Of a stretch of 64,000 bases of DNA, positions 1 to 9,098 are shown piece by piece. Position 1 is the stretch's first letter, and the number at the start of each line of letters is the position of its first letter. This stretch comes from a virus. Taxonomy: Duplodnaviria; Caudoviricetes. The DNA is taken from the IMG/VR virus record IMGVR_UViG_2706795947_000001, positions 1 to 64,000 of that record; one strand, given 5' to 3'. The position numbers and the translations under genes were made by a program. The notes beneath the pieces were generated by a model that saw nothing but the letters and a program-made list of their open reading frames with translations, was not told where the DNA came from and did no database searches.

Positions 1-338
1 GTGCATCTTTATTCAGACCACGCCCGTGTTCAGTTGAGAATTGCAACGACTTTTGTTGCGCGTTGCATCTGATAACGTTGCAAGTCGCAACTAAATCGAC
101 GCCGACCAGAGCAAGGGAAGGCTAACCTAACTTTGCCAGCGTGAATGTGGGATGCAACTTTGGAAAGGGTGTGTGCTAGCGTGAAGCTCTCTGCTCCGTT
201 TTGCGCCGATAGCAAAATTAAACTTTACTAGGTAGTACCACCATCGAAGATTTAATTCCCAGTGAATGCACCAAGAACGTGTATGTTCCGGCCATTACAT
301 TGCCAGCCAGGAAAACAATAAGATGATAATACATAAGA

Positions 339-352
339 CGAACATATGTTCG
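339..352. promoter_or_regulatory. LexA (SOS) box
   Basis: Perfect palindrome CGAAC-ATAT-GTTCG. With flanks it reads aCGAACATATGTTCGA, matching the actinobacterial consensus TCGAAC-N4-GTTCGA at all but the first position. Confidence 0.75.
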
Positions 353-365
353 ATCAAGGAAAGTA

Positions 366-651
366 AGGAATGTATTAGGAATGTTTTTATAGTGTTTGAC
401 CTGCGGTTTTACCAATACATTCATACTATCCAAACATTCCTGCGATATTTTCCCGGCATCTGTCTTACGTGTAAGGCAGTTCACCCGCTTCCTTGCTAGT
501 ACCACCGGGGCACCCCCGCGTCTGATGATCGTTCAGATACGTTCGGGTGAAAAACGCTAGGAATGTTTGGAAGGTTTTCAAAAACACGTCCTGACCTGCG
601 GTTTAAACATTCCCAAAACGTTCCTGGGGCTAGGAATGTTTAGGAATGTTT
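366..651. repeat. Direct and inverted AGGAATGTTT-type 10-mer repeats (iteron-like)
   Basis: Forward copies at 366, 377, 559, 632 and 642. Reverse copies at about 414, 432, 605 and 616. Confidence 0.8.
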
Positions 652-788
652 TCGGCGTTTCCGCAGGTCGCGGTGTCTGACCACCTCCTCCTGGCCGGCG
701 CTCCTGGTACCACCGGGGGGTCGGGCCAGGCGTAACCAGAAAACTGTAACCACCGATTTATGGTTTATGGTTTTACGAGTTGTGCACA

Positions 789-834
789 AAGCAAACCACC
801 CGCGCCGGATAGTACCGACGCGGGTGGTTTGCTT
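789..834 (-). terminator. Stem-loop terminator ending the leftward replication operon
   Basis: 16-bp inverted repeat AAGCAAACCACCCGCG / CGCGGGTGGTTTGCTT just after the stop of 841..1293. Confidence 0.75.
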
Positions 835-840
835 GAGGGG

Positions 841-1293
841 CTAGTGCTTGGGTATGAACAGCTTGCTGCCGCCTCGTTTCAGGGCCGCGGGGTAGCTCAA
901 ACCCTCGCCAGTGAAGATCTGCTCGAGGGACGCGGGCTGGCCGGCCTCATCTGACATGACATGCTCGACCACCCAGCTCAACGCCTTGGCTGCACCGGCG
1001 GTCTCGCTAACCCCGACCGCGATCTGCGATTGCTTCGTCGGGTCGGTCTCGAGCTGGAGCTTGACCGTGAGCTGCTGGTAGATGTGATGGAAGTACTCGC
1101 TGCCGTTGACGATCAGCTTGACGAGCTGCTGGATCGACTCGAGCATCTCCTCCTGGGCTGGCGTGTTGATCTCGGCGCTGATCAGCGCGACCGCGCCTTC
1201 GATCTCCTTGTAGTGCCAGTCGTCGGTTGCGCCGTTCTCGGCAAGTTGAATCAGGCGGTCCAGCGCTTCGCCTGCGGTTGCGAACTCGCTCAC
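841..1293 (-). CDS. Hypothetical protein
   Basis: 150-aa ORF with an AAGGAG RBS and GTGA overlap with the upstream gene. Confidence 0.75.
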   Translation of the reverse strand: MSEFATAGEALDRLIQLAENGATDDWHYKEIEGAVALISAEINTPAQEEMLESIQQLVKLIVNGSEYFHHIYQQLTVKLQLETDPTKQSQIAVGVSETAGAAKALSWVVEHVMSDEAGQPASLEQIFTGEGLSYPAALKRGGSKLFIPKH

Positions 1294-1553
1294 GGTCGGA
1301 GCTCCTTTACCTTGTTGTCGAGCTCCTCGTAGAGGTCTCGGAGTAGCTTGCGGCCGTTGTCGAGGTGTGCGTAGGCTGCGCCTGCGGTGATCCGCAGCCA
1401 GTCGTTGTCGTTGATCTCGGGATACACTCGCAACCGCTCGCTTGCGTCCCGGAGGTCAATGACCTTGGAGTACAGCTTGCGCACTTCGGTCGCCGCGGTG
1501 CGCAGTCGGGCTAACTCCTGGTATATCTCTTCTTGTGTGGTCTGTTCGCTCAC
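1290..1553 (-). CDS. Hypothetical protein
   Basis: Likely start is GTG 1553 (VSEQTTQEE), overlapping the stop of 1550..1822. Confidence 0.7.
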   Translation of the reverse strand: MSEQTTQEEIYQELARLRTAATEVRKLYSKVIDLRDASERLRVYPEINDNDWLRITAGAAYAHLDNGRKLLRDLYEELDNKVKELRP

Positions 1554-1822
1554 GCTACCTCTGTTCCCTTCTTGAGTGACTCTTGGTATTCGGCCAACCT
1601 CTGCTCGAGGTATGCGTCGCGGATCGGGTTCGAGGCCTTCATGTTCTTGTTCTGGCTTCTGATTCGATCCCGGTGCTGCTTGAGGCATAGTGGCCCCTTG
1701 CACCCGTCCGCGTACCCGATTGGTCGGCCATGCTTGTGTGCAGCGATATTCGGGCTGGCGAGCTCGGCATCCACCTGAGCCTTCAGCTTCGCGATGTACT
1801 CTTCGATGGTGTCGCCGCTCAT
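1550..1822 (-). CDS. Hypothetical protein with HG-x-Y-x-GC-x-C putative metal-binding motif
   Basis: 90 aa containing HGRPIGYADGCKGPLC; ATGA-coupled to the helicase gene. Confidence 0.7.
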   Translation of the reverse strand: MSGDTIEEYIAKLKAQVDAELASPNIAAHKHGRPIGYADGCKGPLCLKQHRDRIRSQNKNMKASNPIRDAYLEQRLAEYQESLKKGTEVA

Positions 1823-4086
1823 TTTGCCTGATCCTTCTTGTTCTTGGTGATCCCTGTGACTGTTGCGACCCCTTGCTTGAGCTGCCGCATCGCAGCCACC
1901 TCGGGATCAAAGTAACGTGGTTTCTTGGGTCCTCTCGTGTTGGCCCCCATTGCCGACTGAACTTCGCCCCTCTCGATAAGAGACTCTAGGCGCCGACCAA
2001 TCTCGACACTGTCCCACCCCCTGGTTTTGAGTTTGTCCTGAATTGTGCCGAAGGTAACGTAGCCCTTGCTCTCGGTAAAGGTCTTGATGACCTTCTTGAG
2101 TGCCTCGTCGATCTCGTTACCCAGTGTGAGTATCGTTTTCTCTCCGGTCACCGTGGTGGCCCGGTTGAGATACTCCATTACCCACATGGCAGAGGTAATG
2201 TCCTCTGACATGACCTTGTCCGCTCGACGGTTGACCGCGAACAGGGTAGACAATTTATAAAGCTTCAGGTCAAACCGGGACTTGAGATCGTCGCCGATCT
2301 TCCAGGTCTCGACTACCTGATAGCATTGGCGCATCAAGTCCCGAGCCGAGTGGTCCACATCAAGGAAAACCAGCTTGCGAACAGACTTGCCTTGCGGGTC
2401 CACTTTGCCCATGTAGTACGCAGCAACGTCAGTGTAGAGCTCCTGACAGTGCGACGTGTTCTTCATCTTGTCATCGAAGGGGTCGCCGACCGGGGGCTTG
2501 TTTCCGGTGACTACTTCGAATCGAGCGAGCAGACCATTACCGATATTGCCTCGGCCAATCAGCTGCGGAAGCGCCTTGGGCTGCACGCCAGCACTGAAGA
2601 CCATGTTCGGATTGATCGCGATAGTTACACCGCCAGACCTCGAGCCAGCCTGGATAGCTCCGTCAAGTGCTGAGTTGTTGTCCATCTCCTGAAAGATTCC
2701 GACCAGGGAGCTTCCTGTGACTGCGCCCTTGCCCATGAACCTGGACAACTCGTCAACCTCAAGGTCAGCCATGACGTCCATGACCTTGTACTTAACCCCG
2801 GCCTCGATCTCTTCGCTCAAGCTCTCAAGCAAGAACTCGCCGGACCCAGGCTCGATCAAGCGCTTGACTCCGGTGTGAGTCCCGTACGGGCGCCCGCTGG
2901 GCGGAACAGGCTTCCACTCGTAAACGATGTGGTCAAGTATCTCATCCATCGGCCTGCGTGACTGTGACTTGCCAGCACCGGTGGCACCGACAAACAGTAC
3001 TGATAGTGTGGTCTTGAATGGGCGACCAACCCTTCCCCGGAGATAGGGGCCTGCCGACAGGGAGAGCAACTGCAGGCCCCGGAAGAGGCTATACTCTTTT
3101 GGTACGCTCATGTCCTCGACCACCTTCATGTACTCGTACAGGGGTGTACCCTCGGGTATGTTGTCAAAGATGTTCTCAATCTCGGGTAGCTTATCTCCCG
3201 TATCTGTCGGTACCTCGATGGAAGTTACGAGTGCGGACGGTTCGTCGACCTCTTTGTCGCTGGCCGGCGATACCCCTAGACTGGCCGGACGGGTGTCGGT
3301 GGATGCAGGTGGCTCATCTTTAACGGAGTCGGCTCCAAACTCCTTACGGCTAAAAGATGTCGGGCCCATCTGTGGCAGGTCGTCATCCAATGCCGCGAGG
3401 CTGAAGCCTAGCTGATCTGCAACCTCCTGTGCCGAGACGGGCTTTGAGGTGATCTCCTCGACCGCCTGCTCGACCTGACTGACGTAAGACTCGCCATACT
3501 CTTCAAGCTCCCGCTGCTGGGTCTCGGGAGACTTGCCGATGTACACCTTGCCCTGGCGAACGAACTGCCAGCCGCACATCTCCTCGAGGGTGATCTGCTT
3601 GGCCTTGGCGAACTCTTTGCCCTTCGCTGCCTGACCATAGGGCAGTCCGTGTGCAGCTGCCACCATGTCGATGATCCCGCCGCCGTTGTCGCACTGGCCA
3701 TAGCAGACCCATGTGTTCTTGACGGTGTTGATGCAGGCGGCCTCGGTGTTCGAGTTGTCATGATCCGCCGAAGGGCAGAACACGAGTATCTCATTCTTGC
3801 CGCCCGAGCGCTTGGTGTCGACCTTGCGGCCGGTCAGGCGTTCGTAGACATCGCGAACTTTGAGGCGCTTGAGTGCTTCGTCCTCTTCGTTCTGACGCTC
3901 GGCCTTCTCCTTGCGCCAGTCGTGCTCGTCGTCCCAGACTTCAGGAGCGGCCTCGGCGAACTCGGATGGAACCTCGGCGTCAGACTCGACAGTCTCCAGC
4001 TGTGACTTGGCTGCCGCCTCGGCTTCTTCCCTTGCCACCTTCTCCTTGAGCATCTCAAGGATCGGGTTTGGCTTCTTGTCACTCAT
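1819..4086 (-). CDS. Primase-associated helicase: N-terminal CHC2-like Zn finger plus DUF3987-like P-loop ATPase
   Basis: CPSADH...WVCYGQC..GGGIID Zn-finger motif, Walker A GATGAGKS, Walker B VDELS, GLLARF arginine-finger-like motif. Confidence 0.75.
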   Translation of the reverse strand: MSDKKPNPILEMLKEKVAREEAEAAAKSQLETVESDAEVPSEFAEAAPEVWDDEHDWRKEKAERQNEEDEALKRLKVRDVYERLTGRKVDTKRSGGKNEILVFCPSADHDNSNTEAACINTVKNTWVCYGQCDNGGGIIDMVAAAHGLPYGQAAKGKEFAKAKQITLEEMCGWQFVRQGKVYIGKSPETQQRELEEYGESYVSQVEQAVEEITSKPVSAQEVADQLGFSLAALDDDLPQMGPTSFSRKEFGADSVKDEPPASTDTRPASLGVSPASDKEVDEPSALVTSIEVPTDTGDKLPEIENIFDNIPEGTPLYEYMKVVEDMSVPKEYSLFRGLQLLSLSAGPYLRGRVGRPFKTTLSVLFVGATGAGKSQSRRPMDEILDHIVYEWKPVPPSGRPYGTHTGVKRLIEPGSGEFLLESLSEEIEAGVKYKVMDVMADLEVDELSRFMGKGAVTGSSLVGIFQEMDNNSALDGAIQAGSRSGGVTIAINPNMVFSAGVQPKALPQLIGRGNIGNGLLARFEVVTGNKPPVGDPFDDKMKNTSHCQELYTDVAAYYMGKVDPQGKSVRKLVFLDVDHSARDLMRQCYQVVETWKIGDDLKSRFDLKLYKLSTLFAVNRRADKVMSEDITSAMWVMEYLNRATTVTGEKTILTLGNEIDEALKKVIKTFTESKGYVTFGTIQDKLKTRGWDSVEIGRRLESLIERGEVQSAMGANTRGPKKPRYFDPEVAAMRQLKQGVATVTGITKNKKDQAK

Positions 4087-4343
4087 GCGTACTCCAGTCG
4101 GCTGATCTTGATGCGACCTTCTGGTACGCCGAGCGCCAACGAGGCGGCCCGCGTTGCGGTCATGGTGACATTGCTCTTGTGGTAGCAGCCGGTCGCGACC
4201 AGCATTCCACGATTGTCGTAGCAGTGTATGACGAAGCCATCGAGATCGCGCTGAGCTCTGACGCGAATCTCGATACGGTTGCCTCGGAACTTATCCCTGC
4301 GATTCGGCAATTGCCTCGGCCTCCTCTCGGGTCCGAACGACAC
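4083..4343 (-). CDS. Hypothetical protein
   Basis: Its stop overlaps the helicase ATG (ATGA); the start is uncertain. Confidence 0.5.
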   Translation of the reverse strand: MSFGPERRPRQLPNRRDKFRGNRIEIRVRAQRDLDGFVIHCYDNRGMLVATGCYHKSNVTMTATRAASLALGVPEGRIKISRLEYA

Positions 4344-4539
4344 CCAGCTCTCGCCGATAGGCGAGGACCCGCTCCTTGGTCGGAATGACCTCGTCGGCTG
4401 GAGTCACGGTGACTTCGTCTTCAGGATTCGACATGTCCACACTTTCTGCAGGGGCTGGGATTTCTGTCGGGAAAGAGTACGATGGAAGCGTAACCATCCA
4501 GTGAGAGACTCTGCGCAAATGCGTTGAGTCGTGCGCCAA
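4291..4539 (-). CDS. Hypothetical protein (start uncertain, probably internal)
   Basis: Fills the gap in the leftward operon but overlaps its neighbours. Confidence 0.4.
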   Translation of the reverse strand: MAHDSTHLRRVSHWMVTLPSYSFPTEIPAPAESVDMSNPEDEVTVTPADEVIPTKERVLAYRRELGVVRTREEAEAIAESQG

Positions 4540-4615
4540 CCTCGGTAACCTTCTCGAGGTCAGGGCTTGCGTACAGCAGGATCACCGCAGGGTCACGCTC
4601 TTCACTCGATGCCAT
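4421..4615 (-). CDS. Hypothetical protein with C-terminal CxxC
   Basis: MASSEERD...PCRKCGH; ATG 4615 overlaps the end of the primase gene. Confidence 0.5.
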   Translation of the reverse strand: MASSEERDPAVILLYASPDLEKVTEVGARLNAFAQSLSLDGYASIVLFPDRNPSPCRKCGHVES

Positions 4616-5540
4616 AAGGGTCCTCACTCGGGTCAACGAAGGGGTTACCGGTCTCGAGTAGTACGACCGGCGAAGGATGCGGCTTGAGCTCTCGGGTAGC
4701 CAGCCGTTGGTCGATGAAGAACGTGGGGTCTTTCTTGTGCTTGAGATTGACACCCAGGGGTAGACGGCAAAGGTTGCCGAGGTCCTTGTCCTTCATGGAA
4801 GCCTGCTTGGGGAATATCTCCACGGTCAGGTTCTGGTAGTTGTAGTACGGATCGGTCTCCGCGTGCTTGAAGAAGTTATCGCCGTGCACGGCTTCGAAGC
4901 CTGCGTTCTGCGATATGAGCTTGCCAGCAAACTCGAGTGTCATGAGCGCGGCGGCGCGGGCCACCTTTGCGTCGATGGGTTCCGGGAAGAACGCGTAGAC
5001 GTGGCAGCCCTTGTTGCCAGAGTAGGCAGCAGCCGACTCCAGCTGAAGATGATTCTGGATCGCCGACGTGAGGAAGTCGCACATCGAGCGCATCTGGTAC
5101 TTGAGCCAGGGGCGCGCAGGACTGCGTCGGTCTTGCCATGCGGACCTGGGATGAAGCGGATGTACACGTTCCGCTACGACTTTGTCGAAGTCGGCATCGG
5201 TGGTCTGCGCGAGAACCTCGTCGGGTAGGTCAACCCAGGTTCCGTGCCCGCGTTCACAGCAGGGCGGCAGGGGCTGATCTTTCTTGCGCTTGTTGCAGTA
5301 GCCGGTGTCGAGGTCAATGTCGAACACGATCAGCTTGGTGAGTCCATCCGCGTCGCAGGTGTAGTGGCCGAAGGTCTGCTCCCCGGTGACATGTGACACG
5401 AGGTCGCCCATCTTCCAGGGCTCGCGCACCGGACGGTATCCACCGTCGGCAACCTGTACGGCCTTGACGTCCTTGCGTTGGATGAATCTCTTGGCGAGTA
5501 GTTTGGCGAGCGTGGCATCTCTTGCATCTACCTCGGGCAA
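4602..5540 (-). CDS. Archaeo-eukaryotic primase (AEP, TOTE-primase-like) / primase-polymerase
   Basis: Motifs IVFDID, YSGNKGCHVY, EIFPKQ and GNLCRLPLG. Start is TTG 5540 after a GAAAGGAG RBS. Confidence 0.8.
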   Translation of the reverse strand: MPEVDARDATLAKLLAKRFIQRKDVKAVQVADGGYRPVREPWKMGDLVSHVTGEQTFGHYTCDADGLTKLIVFDIDLDTGYCNKRKKDQPLPPCCERGHGTWVDLPDEVLAQTTDADFDKVVAERVHPLHPRSAWQDRRSPARPWLKYQMRSMCDFLTSAIQNHLQLESAAAYSGNKGCHVYAFFPEPIDAKVARAAALMTLEFAGKLISQNAGFEAVHGDNFFKHAETDPYYNYQNLTVEIFPKQASMKDKDLGNLCRLPLGVNLKHKKDPTFFIDQRLATRELKPHPSPVVLLETGNPFVDPSEDPYGIE

Positions 5541-5590
5541 GGTATCACTCCTTTCCACAGGTGTCCCGGTGTGTCCGGGGCACGGTGTGC

Positions 5591-5620
5591 ACCGTATCAC
5601 ATCATGCTAACAATTGTCAA
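5591..5620 (-). promoter_or_regulatory. SigA-type promoter for the replication operon
   Basis: TTGACA-N18-TACGGT on the minus strand. Confidence 0.6.
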
Positions 5621-5673
5621 ACACACGCCTGAGCTGCGCGTTTGCCCGGTATGCGGGCGCGCGCAGGTCTAGA

Positions 5674-5682
5674 TGGTACTAT
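5674..5682 (+). promoter_or_regulatory. Extended -10 promoter, probably giving a leaderless mRNA
   Basis: TGG-TACTAT ends 6 nt before ATG 5689; no SD sequence. Confidence 0.55.
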
Positions 5683-5688
5683 CGGTCC

Positions 5689-7092
5689 ATGCCGAAACTG
5701 CACCAGGGGAGACGCTACGATCTGTGGTGGCAGAACCCATTCAAGTATTACGAACACTTGAAAGACTCTGGAGAGTCGCAGGTTCTCTTCGATCACTCCC
5801 TGCTTCACAAGTACAAGGTCAACCCCCGCGAGTTCATGCTCCAACACTTTCGTGGAATGTCGTGGCGGTGCTACATTGTCAACGAAGACTGCGCTACATT
5901 GATTGACAGTACATGCGGACCCGAACAGACCCTCGGCTCCTGGGCGGTGTGGGATGCACAGAAGCACGACCTCGGAGAACTCAAGGAGCTCATGGAGGTT
6001 CCGTGGAAAGATCGTCCGATCTCTGAGCACGCGGACTGGTACGAGATTCCCCACCCCGCACAGCAGCACAGGGTGTTCATCAAGAACATGATCTCGGGCA
6101 AACAGGATGAGCTCTGGAAGAAGCGTCGCCAGCGTTTGACGAAGATTCAGCGACTCTACCCCGAGTGCGAGATGTTCATTAAGCCCAAGCACTTTGGTAT
6201 GGGCCTCGCATTCGGAGCTGGGTTCAGTGCGTCGTGCCTCGACCCGTATCAGTTCAGGTGGATCGAGCGCGGCAAGATCGTTCTGCCTAACGGTCGCAAC
6301 GTACACCTTGAGAGGGTAGACGAGTTCGCTCGAGAGATAGAACACCTCGGCTTTGATCCGTACGAGGTGCGTTACGATCAGGATGTCGGATTGCTTTACT
6401 GCATCGCGGCGATCCGCTACGCTGCGCATCATTGGGACGACCCGACCGGACCTTTCTACAGGAAGAACAATTACCTTGACGGTCCGGACTTCAAGAACCC
6501 TGACATGTATGCGCAGATGCCATCGTACGACAGGGTGGTTCGACCGCTCGACAAGATCAAACCAACCGACCAGATTCTATGCGACTCGTGTTCGCTGTGG
6601 CGTCTGTGTCCAGCCTACCGCGCCGAGGAGGTGTGTGGATTGCCTAGCTCAGAAACTAGCCGACTCGCCAAGCTGGCATTGTCTCGTAACGCTGACGACG
6701 TTGTCGAGATGCTTGCATCTGTTCTCAGTAAGCAGGCCGAGCGTGCCGAGAACGCTATCGACGAGGAAGAGGCGACCGGCAAGGCCAACCCGCAGGTTGA
6801 CAAGATGCTCAACAACGTGTTCAAGAACGGCACAACACTCGCCAAGCTCCGCAACCCCGCGCTTGGTCGGCCAGCGGTGCAGGTCAACATCGGCGCGGCT
6901 GCACAGCAGGCGCAGGCTGTCGAGGCGGCTGATCCCCGCGCACTCGCAATGACGGTCATCACAGACCTCGAACAGCGAGGCGTGCCGCGCGAGGAGATCA
7001 CCCAGGAGATGATCGAGGCCCACATGCAGGAGCACTACGCGCCGAAGCAAATCGAGTCCAGCGTGGTTGACGCGGAGGTATCGGATGACTGA
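5689..7092 (+). CDS. Large protein in the terminase small subunit position; function unknown
   Basis: 467 aa from ATG 5689, overlapping the terminase large subunit start. It has a Cys cluster CDSC-x5-C-x8-C and a helical C-terminus. Confidence 0.7.
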   Translation: MPKLHQGRRYDLWWQNPFKYYEHLKDSGESQVLFDHSLLHKYKVNPREFMLQHFRGMSWRCYIVNEDCATLIDSTCGPEQTLGSWAVWDAQKHDLGELKELMEVPWKDRPISEHADWYEIPHPAQQHRVFIKNMISGKQDELWKKRRQRLTKIQRLYPECEMFIKPKHFGMGLAFGAGFSASCLDPYQFRWIERGKIVLPNGRNVHLERVDEFAREIEHLGFDPYEVRYDQDVGLLYCIAAIRYAAHHWDDPTGPFYRKNNYLDGPDFKNPDMYAQMPSYDRVVRPLDKIKPTDQILCDSCSLWRLCPAYRAEEVCGLPSSETSRLAKLALSRNADDVVEMLASVLSKQAERAENAIDEEEATGKANPQVDKMLNNVFKNGTTLAKLRNPALGRPAVQVNIGAAAQQAQAVEAADPRALAMTVITDLEQRGVPREEITQEMIEAHMQEHYAPKQIESSVVDAEVSDD

Positions 7093-9058
7093 TCCTGTCT
7101 TCGAAGAGATCATGTGGCTGAAGGACAATCCAGAGTTTCGCCTTCGGCCAGCGAATATCCGTGAGTTCTGTGGACCCGGATACCTCAAGGAGCGTAACGT
7201 GCGCCCCGGCATCATGGAAGCTTTGCTTGAGACATTCGGAGAGGAGGTGAACTCTTATGCGATTAGCAATAAGCGCCGGGCTCTGCTTACTGGCGCTATT
7301 GGTATTGGCAAGTCTACTTATGCTGCCATTGCCCTGAGCTACATGGTGCACTGGATCAAGTGCCTGAACAATCCGAAAGAGTTCTACAACCTCTCGGACG
7401 ATTCGGTGATTGGCTTCATGATGATGAGCACCACCGAGAAGCTCGCACAGGAAGTCATCTTCCAGAAGGTTAAGAAGCGAATCCAGAACTCCGCGTGGTT
7501 CGATCGGTACGCACCACTGGCCGAGGAGAATAAGCGTCTGCAGAAGCAGATGCGATTCGAGGGCGACATCTGGATCGTGCCTGGTTCGTCACTTGAGACC
7601 GCGTTCGAGGGCTACGACATTCTCGGCGGGATCGTGGACGAGGGTGACTCGCACAACGTCACCGATCAGAAGGACTACGCCGAGGCTGGCTACAACACGA
7701 TCGAGTCTCGTATCGAATCTCGATTCACTGACTTCAAGACTGGACAGCATCGTGGCCTGATGATCTGTATTGGCCAGGCCAAGCGTAAGGGCGGGTTCAT
7801 GCTCCGCCACTACGACGAGTTCTCGAAGGACCCCGACTCGGTCGCCGTGCGTATGACCATCTGGGAATCATTCGGTTGGCACAACTACACCAAAGACAAG
7901 AACGACATCGAACTGGGGAAGGAGACGGCCGAGCGCGATAGCTTCTACTACGACATCCAGAAGCGTGAGATGTACTCGAAGGAAGCTGCGCAGCTCATCA
8001 TGAACAAGAACCTCATTGAGGTTCCGGTCCAGTACAGAAAGAGCTTTGAACGTGATCCGGTTAAAGCGCTCCGAGACCTTGCGGGAATACCTCCAGAGGT
8101 CGACGACCCATTCATCTCCCGCCCCGACTTCATTCTCGAGAACCAGAATCTCTGGCACGAGCGCTACCCGGACTACACTACGCCTGTGGGTACCGAATCT
8201 CGACTCGATCGCATCGTTCTGCCTGATTGGTTTCTGCCTGATAATCTGGGCGGGCCTTACCGTCGGGTCATTCATATTGACACGGCTTACTCTCCAGACG
8301 GTGATGCTCTCGGGTTCGCGATGGCTCACGTCCCGGAGAAGGTCGACCAGTACGGAGAAGAACGACCCGTCATAGTTTTCGACCTGCTGCTGCGGATCAA
8401 GGCTACGCCAGCCGTGGAGATTAACTTCGGAGAGATTCGCAAGTTCATCTACATGCTACGCGATGACTATGGGTTCGAGATCGACATGGTCACCATCGAC
8501 GGCTTCAACTCGTTCGACTTCATTCAGCAGTTGCGGAAGAACAAGATCAAGGCTGACTACCTGTCGGTGGACAAGGGCAAGGCGCCGTACGAAGATGTTC
8601 GCGAGGTCATCAACGACAAGCGCTGCGAGATGCCGATGTACATGGTGCACTACAAGCTCGGTGACACTGAGGTCGTGAACATCGCGTACAAGGAGCTGTC
8701 TGAGGTTCAGGACACAGGCAAGAAGATCGACCACCCGAAGGACGGAAGCAAGGACATCGCTGACGCAATCACCGGGTGCGTGCACAACCTCGTGTCAAAC
8801 ACGAAGTACATTCGCGAGGCGCGCACGGTCGAGCGAAAGGGCGCGGCTGCTGCGAAGCAGAACATCGTCACCAGCGGTGAGGACTTCTTCGGCAGCGCGC
8901 CCGGCACCGACCCGATGAAGCAGTCCATCGAGGCGAACTCTCCTATATCATTCGAGGAGTTCACCAAGGCGCAGAACGGACTGGTCGGAGGTACGCTGAA
9001 CCTCGACATACTCATGAATGGCAACGGCCCGCCTGGGTTTGAAGATCGCATGTGGTGA
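7085..9058 (+). CDS. Terminase large subunit
   Basis: Walker A GAIGIGKS, Walker B IVDEGD, nuclease motifs HIDTA and KDIADA; lies before the portal. Confidence 0.9.
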   Translation: MTDPVFEEIMWLKDNPEFRLRPANIREFCGPGYLKERNVRPGIMEALLETFGEEVNSYAISNKRRALLTGAIGIGKSTYAAIALSYMVHWIKCLNNPKEFYNLSDDSVIGFMMMSTTEKLAQEVIFQKVKKRIQNSAWFDRYAPLAEENKRLQKQMRFEGDIWIVPGSSLETAFEGYDILGGIVDEGDSHNVTDQKDYAEAGYNTIESRIESRFTDFKTGQHRGLMICIGQAKRKGGFMLRHYDEFSKDPDSVAVRMTIWESFGWHNYTKDKNDIELGKETAERDSFYYDIQKREMYSKEAAQLIMNKNLIEVPVQYRKSFERDPVKALRDLAGIPPEVDDPFISRPDFILENQNLWHERYPDYTTPVGTESRLDRIVLPDWFLPDNLGGPYRRVIHIDTAYSPDGDALGFAMAHVPEKVDQYGEERPVIVFDLLLRIKATPAVEINFGEIRKFIYMLRDDYGFEIDMVTIDGFNSFDFIQQLRKNKIKADYLSVDKGKAPYEDVREVINDKRCEMPMYMVHYKLGDTEVVNIAYKELSEVQDTGKKIDHPKDGSKDIADAITGCVHNLVSNTKYIREARTVERKGAAAAKQNIVTSGEDFFGSAPGTDPMKQSIEANSPISFEEFTKAQNGLVGGTLNLDILMNGNGPPGFEDRMW

Positions 9059-9061
9059 CGA

Positions 9062-9098
9062 CGACCCCGCGTCTAGCGTAATGCTGGACACGGGGTCG
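9062..9098 (+). terminator. Stem-loop after terminase, overlapping a candidate TGGACA-N18-TAGTGT promoter (9085-9114)
   Basis: Imperfect inverted repeat CGACCCCGCGTCTAGC...GCTGGACACGGGGTCG. Confidence 0.5.

Larger units (their letters stand above)
1..780. other. AT-rich non-coding terminal/control region (candidate origin and/or packaging region)
   Basis: Visibly lower GC than the coding regions, no convincing ORF, and several interleaved short repeat families. Confidence 0.6.

Noticed and set aside
30-505. Short ORFs in the left terminal region
   Set aside because: No RBS, atypical codon usage, and they overlap the repeat arrays.
366-670. Possible CRISPR array
   Set aside because: Repeats are only about 10 bp, occur in both orientations and are irregularly spaced. 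The Cas4-like gene is a stand-alone phage nuclease.
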